A stretch of DNA of 64,000 bases from Planctomycetota bacterium (lineage in GTDB: Bacteria; Planctomycetota; PLA2; JAEUHO01). Both the position numbers and the translations under genes were made by a program. Location of the stretch: NCBI GenBank assembly GCA_965222115.1, contig CBDCTJ010000001.1:384001-448000 (forward strand). Direction: 5' to 3'. The notes beneath the pieces were generated by a model. That model saw nothing but the letters and a program-made list of their open reading frames with translations, did not search any database and was not told the origin of the DNA. This document shows, piece after piece, positions 40,474 through 49,947 of the stretch (position 1 is the stretch's first letter; each line of letters opens with the position of its first letter).

Positions 40474-42081
40474 ATGATCGGATCGAAACGACCAGCAACC
40501 GTCCTGCTATTCCTGTTGCCTATGTTGGCCGTCGTGGCCCTTGCGGCCGTGGCGTGGCATGAAGCCGGGCACGCGGCCGAATCCGAACTCACGCGTCGCG
40601 GACAAGCACTGCTAAACGTCTTGCATACAACGATCGATGAATTCGGCCGCAGTACGGAGCGCAATGAGGTTTCGGAACGCGCGCGCCTCCTTGCCATTGC
40701 CCGACGGATTGAAACCGATACGACATCGATTCTTTCACCCATCGCACCGCGCCTCGAGCGCATTGCAGCCGATGAACAGGTGGGGCACATCTTCATGGTG
40801 AATGACGTAGGCCTACCCATTGCCCATGTGGTGCATCCCAAGCCCGTGCGAATATCGGGAACGCCGACCGAAACCGGTGCCGTCGATGCCATGAAGTGGC
40901 AGCACGCAAAGAAAACGTTGGACCGCCTCGCGCAGACGGCCGGGGCGTCGTTGGACGAGGGCGTGGTACCGAATGCCTTCGGTGTGCGCGAACGCATGGG
41001 GGTTGCCCTGCGCTTTTACAACGGATCCGCCGTGCTAATTCGCGCCAAACGAGCGGCCCAAGGGCGCTCCGAAACGCAGTCGGGGCTCCAGTCCGTACTG
41101 ACACGACTCGGTCGCGTGCCGGATGTGGACACGATCACGTTGCGATCCAGTGATGGTGATCAGTTCTTAGAACATCAAAGCGACGCACCGGCTAGGCGAA
41201 CCGCTAGGTTCACGGGAACGACAACCACGCCCCAAACCGGATCGCTGTCTACGTCACTGACGCTCTCCCGCGCACGCGTGGAAGCGCAGAAGGTGTCGCG
41301 ACGCAAACGCATCGCACTATGGGCGCTACTTGCGCTCGCGGGCTCCATCATCGGGTTGCTCGTCTACCGTCGCATGGAGCGGGCGCGAACTCGAACGCAA
41401 CTCCAAGTACGAGCGAAAGCGGCACAGGAACAACGCTTGACGGAAATGGGCGCGCTCGCGGGACTCGTGGCGCATGAAATCAGCAATCCCCTCAATGCGA
41501 TTTCATTGGAATTGGCGCGTTTGGAGGCCAAGGGTGCCGAACCAGCGCTTACCTCGCGCATTCGAACGCAGCTCGCTTCGGCGCGGAACAGTATTGAGTC
41601 CTACCTCCAGTTAGCACACGCGCCGTCGCCATCGGGACTTGCACAGGTTACCGTTACCGATGTTTCAGACACCGTCAATGCCATGCGCATGGAGGCAGGC
41701 CACCGCATCGACTTCGCGGCGCCCAACGCTACCCGTGACATCATTCAGTGCGACTCGCGCATCTTCGATCACGCCCTTCGCAACCTCGTTCGCAATGCCG
41801 TTACGGCATCAAATCATGCCGTGCGCGTTACGTGGACGCAAGTGGATCAGGCGATCCACGTTGCCGTGGAAGACGACGGAGAGGGTTTTCCGAAAGCGCT
41901 AGCGGACCGAGGCACGCGACTAGGCGAATCACTTCGTCGCGGTGGGCATGGACTTGGACTTGCATTGGCGCGGCGGTTCTTGGAGAACAACGGGCTCGAA
42001 CTTCGATTGGGGTCGTCCCCCTTGGGCGGTGCGGCGGCTACGATCGTCGTCCCTGAGTCGTGCTGGAGCCGTCATGACTAG
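40474..42081 (+). CDS. Membrane sensor histidine kinase
   Basis: Two TM helices around a periplasmic domain; AHEISNPL, NLVRNA, EDDGEGF, GHGLGL. Confidence 0.9.
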   Translation: MIGSKRPATVLLFLLPMLAVVALAAVAWHEAGHAAESELTRRGQALLNVLHTTIDEFGRSTERNEVSERARLLAIARRIETDTTSILSPIAPRLERIAADEQVGHIFMVNDVGLPIAHVVHPKPVRISGTPTETGAVDAMKWQHAKKTLDRLAQTAGASLDEGVVPNAFGVRERMGVALRFYNGSAVLIRAKRAAQGRSETQSGLQSVLTRLGRVPDVDTITLRSSDGDQFLEHQSDAPARRTARFTGTTTTPQTGSLSTSLTLSRARVEAQKVSRRKRIALWALLALAGSIIGLLVYRRMERARTRTQLQVRAKAAQEQRLTEMGALAGLVAHEISNPLNAISLELARLEAKGAEPALTSRIRTQLASARNSIESYLQLAHAPSPSGLAQVTVTDVSDTVNAMRMEAGHRIDFAAPNATRDIIQCDSRIFDHALRNLVRNAVTASNHAVRVTWTQVDQAIHVAVEDDGEGFPKALADRGTRLGESLRRGGHGLGLALARRFLENNGLELRLGSSPLGGAAATIVVPESCWSRHD

Positions 42082-43450
42082 AGCGCGCGTGCTGGTCGTA
42101 GAAGATGACGTGCATCAACGCGAGGCGTTGGTTGGATTTCTCGGCGACTCAGGCTACGAAGTCGCTGCGGCGAGTGACGTGGACGCGGCCAAGCATGAAT
42201 TGCGTGCGTCGTCATTCGATGCCGTGGTGACCGACTTCAATCTGCCAGGCGGCACCGGCCTTCATGTAATTCAGGCCGCGCAAGAACTTGCCCATGCGCC
42301 CGCGACCTTGTTGGTTACGGCCTATGGCACCATTCCCTTGGCGGTAGACGCCATGCGCGCGGGCGCCGTTGATGTGCAAGTGAAACCCGTCGACCCGCAG
42401 GCGCTGCTTGCAACCCTCGAACGCGCACTCCACACCCGTGCCCTTGAGAACGAGAACATCGATCTCCGCGATCGGCTGAATGAGCGCTTTGACTTTCCCG
42501 AATTCGTAGCTGAAAGCGAGGCCATGCGCCCCGTGCTGCGCGCCATTCGTCAAGTTGCCGCCACGCGTGCATCGGTACTCATTACGGGTGAAAGCGGAAC
42601 GGGCAAGGAAATGGTCGCCAAGTTGCTGCACACGCAGGGCAAGCAGCCCGAGGCACCGTTCGTCGCAGTGCACTGCGCAGCACTGCCGGAATCACTGCTT
42701 GAATCGGAGCTCTTTGGCCATGCGCGCGGTGCCTTTACGGGTGCTTCCGCGGATCGCACGGGCCGGTTTGAACAGGCGCATGGTGGCACGCTGTTCTTGG
42801 ATGAAGTCGGTGAGTTTCCCGCAAGCGTTCAAGTGAAGCTGCTGCGCGCGTTGCAAGAACGCGAGATTGTGCGTGTGGGTGAAAACGAACCGCGATCGGT
42901 GTCGTTTCGACTCATTGCCGCTACAAACGTTGATCTCGAACGCGAAGTTGCGGAAGGGCGCTTTCGTGAAGATCTTTACTATCGTCTCAACGTCGTTCGG
43001 ATTGCCTTGCCACCCCTTCGCGAGCGCCCAGAAGACATTCGACCCTTTGTAACACGTTTCATTCATGAGTGTGCAGCGAGCAACGACGTCCCGCCTAAGC
43101 CGATGAGCGAGGAGGCGCTGAAGGCACTCATCGCGTGCGAATTCCCGGGTAATGTTCGCCAATTGCGAAACGTGGTTGAGGGCGCGCTGTTGGTTGCAAG
43201 CGGACCCGAAATTCAGCCGCACGATCTTTCGCTACGGACCCCTACCTCCTTGCCATCGGACGTGAACCTCGACGGCCAAACGCTTCGTGAGGCACTCGAA
43301 CGTGTCGAACGTCGTCTCATTCGGCGCGCCCTCGCAGCCGCCGAAGGAGTTACGGCGCGCACGGCCGACGTCTTGGGGATTCCCGATCGCACCTTGCGCT
43401 ACAAGATTCGAAAACTTGGCATCCGCGAAGAAGGCAATGACTCGCCGTGA
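42074..43450 (+). CDS. Sigma54-dependent (NtrC/ZraR-family) response regulator
   Basis: REC domain (VVEDD, TDFNLP), GESGTGKE, ESELFGH, GAFTGA, LFLDEVGE, FREDLYYRL and a Fis-type HTH. Confidence 0.96.
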   Translation: MTRARVLVVEDDVHQREALVGFLGDSGYEVAAASDVDAAKHELRASSFDAVVTDFNLPGGTGLHVIQAAQELAHAPATLLVTAYGTIPLAVDAMRAGAVDVQVKPVDPQALLATLERALHTRALENENIDLRDRLNERFDFPEFVAESEAMRPVLRAIRQVAATRASVLITGESGTGKEMVAKLLHTQGKQPEAPFVAVHCAALPESLLESELFGHARGAFTGASADRTGRFEQAHGGTLFLDEVGEFPASVQVKLLRALQEREIVRVGENEPRSVSFRLIAATNVDLEREVAEGRFREDLYYRLNVVRIALPPLRERPEDIRPFVTRFIHECAASNDVPPKPMSEEALKALIACEFPGNVRQLRNVVEGALLVASGPEIQPHDLSLRTPTSLPSDVNLDGQTLREALERVERRLIRRALAAAEGVTARTADVLGIPDRTLRYKIRKLGIREEGNDSP

Positions 43451-43454
43451 ATTC

Positions 43455-43468
43455 GGCAACATGTTGCC
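43455..43468. promoter_or_regulatory. Putative enhancer (UAS) palindrome
   Basis: Perfect 14-bp palindrome GGCAACATGTTGCC about 90 bp upstream of the sigma54-like promoter. Confidence 0.55.
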
Positions 43469-43555
43469 AGCGATAATCGCGCGCCGTTCGAATGGGACAT
43501 ACGCAACCGACCACCAATCAAGTGCTTAGAGCGTATTCCTGGACGCCGCGCAAGT

Positions 43556-43572
43556 CCGGCACCGCGGTTGCG
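43556..43572 (+). promoter_or_regulatory. Putative sigma54 -24/-12 promoter
   Basis: CCGGCACCGCGGTTGCG matches the consensus TGGCAC-N5-TTGC except at the first base, with exact GG-N10-GC spacing, 46 bp before the ATG. Confidence 0.7.
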
Positions 43573-43617
43573 AGTCATCCAGCGAAGTTCGCCCCATAAA
43601 CTTCGAGGAACACGAAC

Positions 43618-44457
43618 ATGTCAACAACGCTGAACTCAACGAAGCGTGCCAATGGGTCGGTGCGACCGTGGGTTGGGATCGCCCTGCTCGCCGCGCTGCT
43701 CCTGGTCGTTCCGGCCATGGCCACCGACCATTCACCTTGTGCCGAAGCGCGCGGTGGGCCGGGTGGGCCTCCTCCTGGACCGCCGCCGGGCCCACCTCTA
43801 GGACCACCGCCCGGTGGTGATAGTGCTCCGCCCATGCCTCCGCCGCCTCCGCCCGGTGATGGATTGCCGCCCGGCAATGGAATGCCGCCCGGTGCAGGTG
43901 GCGGCATGCCTCCCGGCCCGCCCCCGGAGATGCCCGATGCGCTGCGCGAACTGCTCGAAGCGCTTATGGGCATGGAGCCCGGCTGTCCGCCTCCCGGCGA
44001 CGGTGGCATGCCCCCGCCGCCACCGCCACCTCCGCCACCACCGCCACCGGGTGGTGATGGACCCCCACCCCCACCCGGCGGAGATGGCGACGGACCGCCG
44101 CGCCCGCCTGGATTCCCACCCCTGCCACCAGGCTTTGACCCCGGTGACTTGCCTCCGCCGCCCGATGGGGACGACGTGCCGCCGTTGCCTCCAGGGTTCG
44201 ATCCCGGTGATCTTCCTCCGCCGCCGCCTGGTGGTGATGGGCCGCCCCCACCGCCGCCGCCACCGCCCGACGGATTTCCAGACTTGCCACCGCCGCCAGG
44301 TTGGGGCGACGACGGCACCGGCGAGCCACCAACGAAAGCCGACTGGGAGAAGTGGCTAAAGGAACTTGACGCCGCACTTGAAGAGGCCATGGAGGCCTGG
44401 GAAGAGCACGTCAAGAGCGAAGGGCCGAAGAAGAAGGATGACGCGGGCGACAAGTAG
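43618..44457 (+). CDS. Secreted poly-proline protein
   Basis: GAGGA RBS, signal peptide ending VPAMA, a 13-Pro run and PPLPPGFDPGDLPPPP x2. Synonymous Pro codons vary, which supports this frame being coding. Confidence 0.8.
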   Translation: MSTTLNSTKRANGSVRPWVGIALLAALLLVVPAMATDHSPCAEARGGPGGPPPGPPPGPPLGPPPGGDSAPPMPPPPPPGDGLPPGNGMPPGAGGGMPPGPPPEMPDALRELLEALMGMEPGCPPPGDGGMPPPPPPPPPPPPPGGDGPPPPPGGDGDGPPRPPGFPPLPPGFDPGDLPPPPDGDDVPPLPPGFDPGDLPPPPPGGDGPPPPPPPPPDGFPDLPPPPGWGDDGTGEPPTKADWEKWLKELDAALEEAMEAWEEHVKSEGPKKKDDAGDK

Positions 44458-44589
44458 CGCGTCAACCGGTGAGCGCGCGTCGTTTCGCGGCGCGCGTTCA
44501 CGTTTCATTTCGCGAATTCTAGTGCCGACCAGTGCATCACGAACTGCACGATCTACTTTTGCCGCGAAGATCTTCGATGAGAGGTAGCC

Positions 44590-46077
44590 ATGGTGTCATC
44601 ACGCTTGAATCCTCGCCGTGCGGTCGCCCCGATTGGGCTGTGCATCGCCACACTCGCCATAGCGCTATGCTCTACGTTCGCTACGGCGGCGGAACAGAAC
44701 CAGACACCTCTTCCCGGCGTGGCCAAGCCGGCGAACCCCGCAAAGGGAAACGAGCAGCCCACTGAAACGGGTACGCAGCTCTCCAAATCACTGAGTCAAC
44801 TTATCGGGCAACAAAACAAATTGCTCGCAAGCAAGCAGGCGGGAAGCGCAAAGAAGACGTATCGCCTTCTACTCAAAGACAATCCATCCAGCGAAGTTGC
44901 GCGTTTCCTCTATGGGCGCGTCTTGGGAGGAAAGAAGGGCCGCCAACTTATGGCGATGGCCCTCGAAGGTCGCCTGGGACTCGACGCCGATCAGTATAGG
45001 GAGATAGGATTGGCGTGGGACATCCTCGCCCGTTCCTACATCAAGGCTGATGATCTGCCGGCGGCATTGAAAGCCGCCAAGCACGGCGCGTCTCTCATGC
45101 GCAACGCTTCTGCTTACGGCCTGGTGGCGTGGATTGCAACACGGCTTGGGAACGACGACGTCGCAATCCTGAACTACACACAGAGTCTTCGACAGAATCC
45201 TCGCAACCTGCCATCGCGCCACGAACTCGTTCAACTCCTGCTCAAGAAGAACCGCGTCGTATCCGCACTGAAGGTCGCCAAAGGCACGTTGATTCTGGCG
45301 CCGCGAGAGCACCGAGCGCATTTGCTGTGGGGTACCGCCCTTGCGGCGGCGGGCAATACAACGGCGGCGCGATCGGCATACCAAGTAGCTATCAAACTTG
45401 CGGATGGCAATCCCGACCGCGTGTCTGCCGTGGCGGCAGCACTGCGTCGCATTGAACACGCCGAATTGGCCGAGGCCGCAATCAAGGCTTCCCTTGAAGA
45501 GGCTCCCAAACACTATGGACTCTTGGTCAACCTCGCGCTTATCCACCTGGATCGGGAGGAGAAGGCCGACGCCATCAAACTCTTGCTCAAGGCAAAAAGG
45601 GCGCACCCAAGGCTGGCCTCCACCCACTACCTGCTGGGACTCGCCCACCTGCGCGCGAAAGAAGGTGGCAAGGCTGCAAGGGCACTCCACGCTGCGCTGC
45701 GCTGCGACGGCGACGTACTCGACTATTACCTCACCCTTGGGCAGGCGTACAACTCGATTGAAAAACATGATGCGGCATTGAGTGTGCTCAAGCGCGCGGC
45801 GTCGAAGTTTCCTGATGAGCCGCGCGCCCAGGCGTCCTACGGCCATGCGCTTTACACCAGCAAGAAGAACAAGGCGGCCGCTCGCGCCTATGAACGCGTG
45901 CTAAAGCTCAAGCCCGACGACACCAATGCGCGCTTTATGCTGGCTTTGGTATATGGTACACGTCTCGGCCAACTGGAGCGCGCCTACGACCTACTCGAAG
46001 AATACGACCGCCTCGGAGGCACGGAACCCGGGGCCGTCAGTTGGCTCAAACAACTCCGCAAGAAGTTTCGAAGGTAA
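44590..46077 (+). CDS. Secreted TPR protein
   Basis: GAGG RBS, signal peptide (FATA-A) and many canonical TPRs (e.g. YGHALYTSKKNKAAARAYERVLKLKPDD). Confidence 0.85.
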   Translation: MVSSRLNPRRAVAPIGLCIATLAIALCSTFATAAEQNQTPLPGVAKPANPAKGNEQPTETGTQLSKSLSQLIGQQNKLLASKQAGSAKKTYRLLLKDNPSSEVARFLYGRVLGGKKGRQLMAMALEGRLGLDADQYREIGLAWDILARSYIKADDLPAALKAAKHGASLMRNASAYGLVAWIATRLGNDDVAILNYTQSLRQNPRNLPSRHELVQLLLKKNRVVSALKVAKGTLILAPREHRAHLLWGTALAAAGNTTAARSAYQVAIKLADGNPDRVSAVAAALRRIEHAELAEAAIKASLEEAPKHYGLLVNLALIHLDREEKADAIKLLLKAKRAHPRLASTHYLLGLAHLRAKEGGKAARALHAALRCDGDVLDYYLTLGQAYNSIEKHDAALSVLKRAASKFPDEPRAQASYGHALYTSKKNKAAARAYERVLKLKPDDTNARFMLALVYGTRLGQLERAYDLLEEYDRLGGTEPGAVSWLKQLRKKFRR

Positions 46078-47441
46078 TGAGCACTAGGGCACGATGCCGA
46101 TCTTTGTTGGGCCGGTCATTGACTGCAGTGGTACTCGCACTCGCGCTGTGCCCTTGGGCGGCCACAACAAGCTTCGCCAAGGCATCCGGCGCACCCCACA
46201 CCTACATTGGTGCTCAGGGGAAGAGTCCCGCACCCTTGGGTGAACACGCCGTGGTTACGAAAGCCGAGCGCGGATGTTCGATCGAAGTGAAACCTGGCGC
46301 CGCGTGGGCCCGCGCATCGATGCGCGGAGGTCCAAAGAACATTGCCAGCTATGCGCACATGACATTGCGCGTGCGCAGCAGCAACGCCACGAGTGCTCCC
46401 TCACTTCAGATTCGAGATACTGCCAACGTCGTGGCTTCACTGCGCGTGCCTGCGATTCCCAAGGCGTGGGCCGACATGAAGCTACCGCTGGGCGACTTTC
46501 GCGCGGCGCCAGGATTTAACCCAACATCCATTAAGACCGTTTCTCTGGTTTGGTACAAGACGCAGGGTCATCGCGTAGACATCGCCGACCTCTCCATTCA
46601 CCAAGGTGAAGGCACGTGGCGACACGACCCCAAGGTGCTGGCAGAGCGCGTTTTCGGTGCGCGACGCATGAAGTCGGTCAGTCGCGTAAAAACCAAACAC
46701 TTCGATCTCTGGACCGATGCATCGTCTGCCAAGCGCAAGCTCCCCAAACTCATGGAAGCCATAGTCAAACGAGCGAGCAAGCAGTTGGGGCTGACCGACA
46801 AGGACGTAGACGGCTACCGACTTCCCGTCTACGTGTTCAAGTCGTCCAAGGAATTTCGAGCCTATGGCAAGCGTGTCTATGGCTGGACGGATGAAGCCGC
46901 CACACGAGCCAACGCAGCCGGCTCCTACTGGTCTCTCACGCTCCACTATCAAGGCAAAGGTGAAGAGACCCTCACGCGTCGAATTGGCAAATCGCTCTGG
47001 CAACATCTCATAGGCCATGGCGGCGGCGCGTGGCTTGATGACGGCTTTGGTGAGATGTGCGTTGCTGCGTTGAAGAAACAAACGTGTACCAAGAACATCC
47101 TCTCGCGCATTAAGTCGGGCGACCATTGGTCACTTGCCGGTCTTGTACGCGCCGACAAGCTCTACAAGACCGACACCAAACAGCGGTACGACTACCGCCC
47201 GGTGTACCAACTCGCAGGCTCCGTTGTGGAGTTTCTGATTCACGCCCCCGACGCCTTCGCCACGTTTCCCAAAGATGAGAACGACAAGCCCTCCACGCGC
47301 CTGGCCCTGCAGTCGTTGGCCAACACACACCAGTCCGGCAACAAACGCGTTAAAGCCGTCGAAAGGTTACTAGGCCGCTCCATGGATCAGGTCCAATCAA
47401 CGTGGAAAGCCTGGGCCCTCGTCTTTGGGAAGCGGAAGTAG
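46077..47441 (+). CDS. Secreted protein: CIA30/CBM-like beta-sandwich plus a degenerate peptidase-MA-like domain
   Basis: TAATG coupling to the TPR gene; signal peptide; W..MKLPLGDF...FNPTSI pattern; TKHFDLWTD, LPVYVFKSSKEF, AWLDDGFGE, YQLAGSVVEFL. Confidence 0.6.
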   Translation: MSTRARCRSLLGRSLTAVVLALALCPWAATTSFAKASGAPHTYIGAQGKSPAPLGEHAVVTKAERGCSIEVKPGAAWARASMRGGPKNIASYAHMTLRVRSSNATSAPSLQIRDTANVVASLRVPAIPKAWADMKLPLGDFRAAPGFNPTSIKTVSLVWYKTQGHRVDIADLSIHQGEGTWRHDPKVLAERVFGARRMKSVSRVKTKHFDLWTDASSAKRKLPKLMEAIVKRASKQLGLTDKDVDGYRLPVYVFKSSKEFRAYGKRVYGWTDEAATRANAAGSYWSLTLHYQGKGEETLTRRIGKSLWQHLIGHGGGAWLDDGFGEMCVAALKKQTCTKNILSRIKSGDHWSLAGLVRADKLYKTDTKQRYDYRPVYQLAGSVVEFLIHAPDAFATFPKDENDKPSTRLALQSLANTHQSGNKRVKAVERLLGRSMDQVQSTWKAWALVFGKRK

Positions 47442-47460
47442 CCTCTCGGTCGAGGATGGA

Positions 47461-47691
47461 CTACGCTGCGCTTTGCTTGAAGCCTCCGTCTCGCGAAGGA
47501 TCGATTCGCAGGTGTCCGCCGGGCGCCGAATCGTCGTCTCGGCTGGCGAAGAGGGCCTCCATCAGAAGCGCAAGCGCGATGAGCAGCGCGGCAGGCAGTA
47601 CGACGGGCGCGCTCGAGAGTCCATGGATGAAGCGGCCAAAGAGCGGCGAGCTCTCTTTCGATGAGGCAGGCGTGGTAGGTTGTCGCGTCAT
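47461..47691 (-). CDS. Small single-TM hypothetical protein
   Basis: 76 aa, GGAGA RBS, one hydrophobic helix; fills the intergenic gap. Confidence 0.5.
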   Translation of the reverse strand: MTRQPTTPASSKESSPLFGRFIHGLSSAPVVLPAALLIALALLMEALFASRDDDSAPGGHLRIDPSRDGGFKQSAA

Positions 47692-47861
47692 AGTAGTGGG
47701 TCTCCGTGGCGACCGCGGATTGGCCGCTATGGGAAACCAGCGGATCTGACGGTCGCTTCACTACAGGTGCTGGAAGCGGCCGAAATTCGGGGGAAGGACG
47801 TAGCGATTTTGATTTCGATTCCGCTGATAGGGGTTGAGACCTCCCGGAGCCCCGACACGCC

Positions 47862-49919
47862 ATGACGCACGAACCCGACTCCGATTCGTTCAAAGCCGAC
47901 GCATCGGTGGCCGACTGCCTCGAAGATCTCCATCGCCGCCGGGCGTTGGGCGAGACCATTTCGCCCGAGGACTATCGTGAGTCGCTGGGCGACAACTGGT
48001 CGATGTTCGAAGAGGTGCTCGACGCAGAAGCGTTGCTGGAAACGCCGTCGGTTACGTCGCGCGCCTTGCCCCGACCGTTGGGCCCCTACACATTGCTTCG
48101 AAAGATTGGCTGGGGCGCCATGGGTGTGGTCTACGACGCCGTTCATCGAGAGCTCGGTCGCCGCGTCGCGCTGAAGTTATTGACGTCCGCACACGAGCCG
48201 TCCTTCGAAGAACGGTTTCGACGAGAAGCACGCGCCGCAGCGCAAGTTCGAAACGATCACATCGTCGAAATCTACGAAGCGGGGGAGGCAGATGGCCAAC
48301 TCTACTACGCAATGTCCTACGTCGAGGGCGATACGCTGCAGAAGGTCATCAAGAACGGCGACGTACCGGGCGACAACGAGCTTTGCGAGCAAGCCGCCCA
48401 CGTAGCCGACGCACTGCAAGAACTTCACGATGTCGGCATCTTGCATCGTGACATCAAACCGTCGAATCTCATCTACGACCGCAAGGATCGGCTCGTCTTG
48501 GCCGACTTTGGCCTGGCGCGCACGGAGGATACGCAATCCCTCACGCGCTCGGGCGATGGCTTGGGCACGCCGCGCTATATGAGTCCAGAGCAGTTCTTGG
48601 GACGACGCAAAGACATTGCGGCCACGTCCGACATCTACGGACTCGGCGCCACGATGTACGAGGCACTACTGGGCGTGCCCCCCTTTCAACGCGATGACGT
48701 CGGCGCGCTGATGAAAGCCGTGCTCCACGAGCGTCCGAGCAAGCCCTCAAAGATTCGACCCAACTTCCCGCCCAAGTTGGAGTACATCCTCCTGCGCTGC
48801 TTGGCGCGCGAACCCGAAGATCGCTACTCGTCGGCCGCGGCACTGGCACGCGATCTTCGAGCGTTCGCAGCGGGCGAGGCCATTGTTGAGGAGGGCACGC
48901 CATGGTGGCGACGCGCGTGGCGGAAAATTCGTCGTCATCCCAAGTCCGCCGCCGCGCTAGCACTACTCACCACGTTGCCATTCATTCTGTGGTTCGCGCT
49001 GCGCCCCACCACCGCGTCGCTCACGGTGAAGGGACCCGAGCAAGCCACAGTCAGCGTGAATCACGCATCTCACGCGGTCGTGCCGCATCAAACAACGGTG
49101 GCCCCAGGCAAGGTGCATCTCCTTCTTCGTTTGCGGGGACACCAGGATCGCGTCATCGATGACTTAACGGTTGAGGCCGGCGAAGAAGCCACCGTGGTTG
49201 CCACGCACTTCGTGATTCAAGACACGAGCAATCCAGAGGTGTTGGCATCCGCCGCCGCGCGCAATGCGTGGCCCCATGCGGCGCCCGTAGATCCAAACGA
49301 GCCTCTCAATGCTCCACGAAGCAAGGGGAATTTCGATGCGCTGCTGCTCTATCCTCAAGGAAACGTGCGTGTGGAGGACCTTAGAAACCTCCGTGCAGAG
49401 GTGGGCGTGAACTTTGAGGGGTATGGTCGCTTTGAATTTCGTCGAGGCGATGACGTTCTTTGGTCCAGCGGCGAAATCGAAATGCTGCGCACGCATGAAG
49501 CGATTCCCGACGCTGTGCGCGCGGGTCTCAAGCCGGGGGACGTGCTCACTTGGGGCATTTATGACGAGCAGGGGACGCCGCGTAGCACGACGACGTGTAA
49601 CGTCGTCGAAGGTCCGCCCGGCGAGCAGATCGCCAAACTTGACGCGTCGCTTAACGATCCCCGGGCGCCACAGAGCAAAGACGTGAAGGCGTACTTCCGC
49701 GCCCAGCAACTTGTGAACGCTAAACTCTTTACCGGCGCCGCGCTCGCACTGGAAGATCTTCGAAACCAAGGTCACGTGTCGGCACTCTTGATTCGACTCG
49801 AAGGCCTCGTCTTGCAGGCGATGCATGCCGACGACGCCATGAAACTCGCAACGTCGCATCACTGGAACCAGTTGCTCCACGCGCAACAGACGCTCCTCAA
49901 GCGTCGGGAGTCCAAGTAA
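47862..49919 (+). CDS. Hanks-type Ser/Thr protein kinase with TM, PEGA-like and C-terminal extracytoplasmic domains
   Basis: IGWGAMGVVY, VALK, HRDIKPSN, DFG, GTPRYMSPEQ, DIYGLG; TM helix after the kinase domain. Confidence 0.93.
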   Translation: MTHEPDSDSFKADASVADCLEDLHRRRALGETISPEDYRESLGDNWSMFEEVLDAEALLETPSVTSRALPRPLGPYTLLRKIGWGAMGVVYDAVHRELGRRVALKLLTSAHEPSFEERFRREARAAAQVRNDHIVEIYEAGEADGQLYYAMSYVEGDTLQKVIKNGDVPGDNELCEQAAHVADALQELHDVGILHRDIKPSNLIYDRKDRLVLADFGLARTEDTQSLTRSGDGLGTPRYMSPEQFLGRRKDIAATSDIYGLGATMYEALLGVPPFQRDDVGALMKAVLHERPSKPSKIRPNFPPKLEYILLRCLAREPEDRYSSAAALARDLRAFAAGEAIVEEGTPWWRRAWRKIRRHPKSAAALALLTTLPFILWFALRPTTASLTVKGPEQATVSVNHASHAVVPHQTTVAPGKVHLLLRLRGHQDRVIDDLTVEAGEEATVVATHFVIQDTSNPEVLASAAARNAWPHAAPVDPNEPLNAPRSKGNFDALLLYPQGNVRVEDLRNLRAEVGVNFEGYGRFEFRRGDDVLWSSGEIEMLRTHEAIPDAVRAGLKPGDVLTWGIYDEQGTPRSTTTCNVVEGPPGEQIAKLDASLNDPRAPQSKDVKAYFRAQQLVNAKLFTGAALALEDLRNQGHVSALLIRLEGLVLQAMHADDAMKLATSHHWNQLLHAQQTLLKRRESK

Positions 49920-49947
49920 CCGATGCGCTGCGTGTGGTCATTCATTC

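Noticed and set aside
43575-44501. 308-aa Gly-rich ORF on the minus strand
   Set aside because: It is the antisense shadow of the poly-proline gene; the plus strand has the promoter, RBS and signal peptide.
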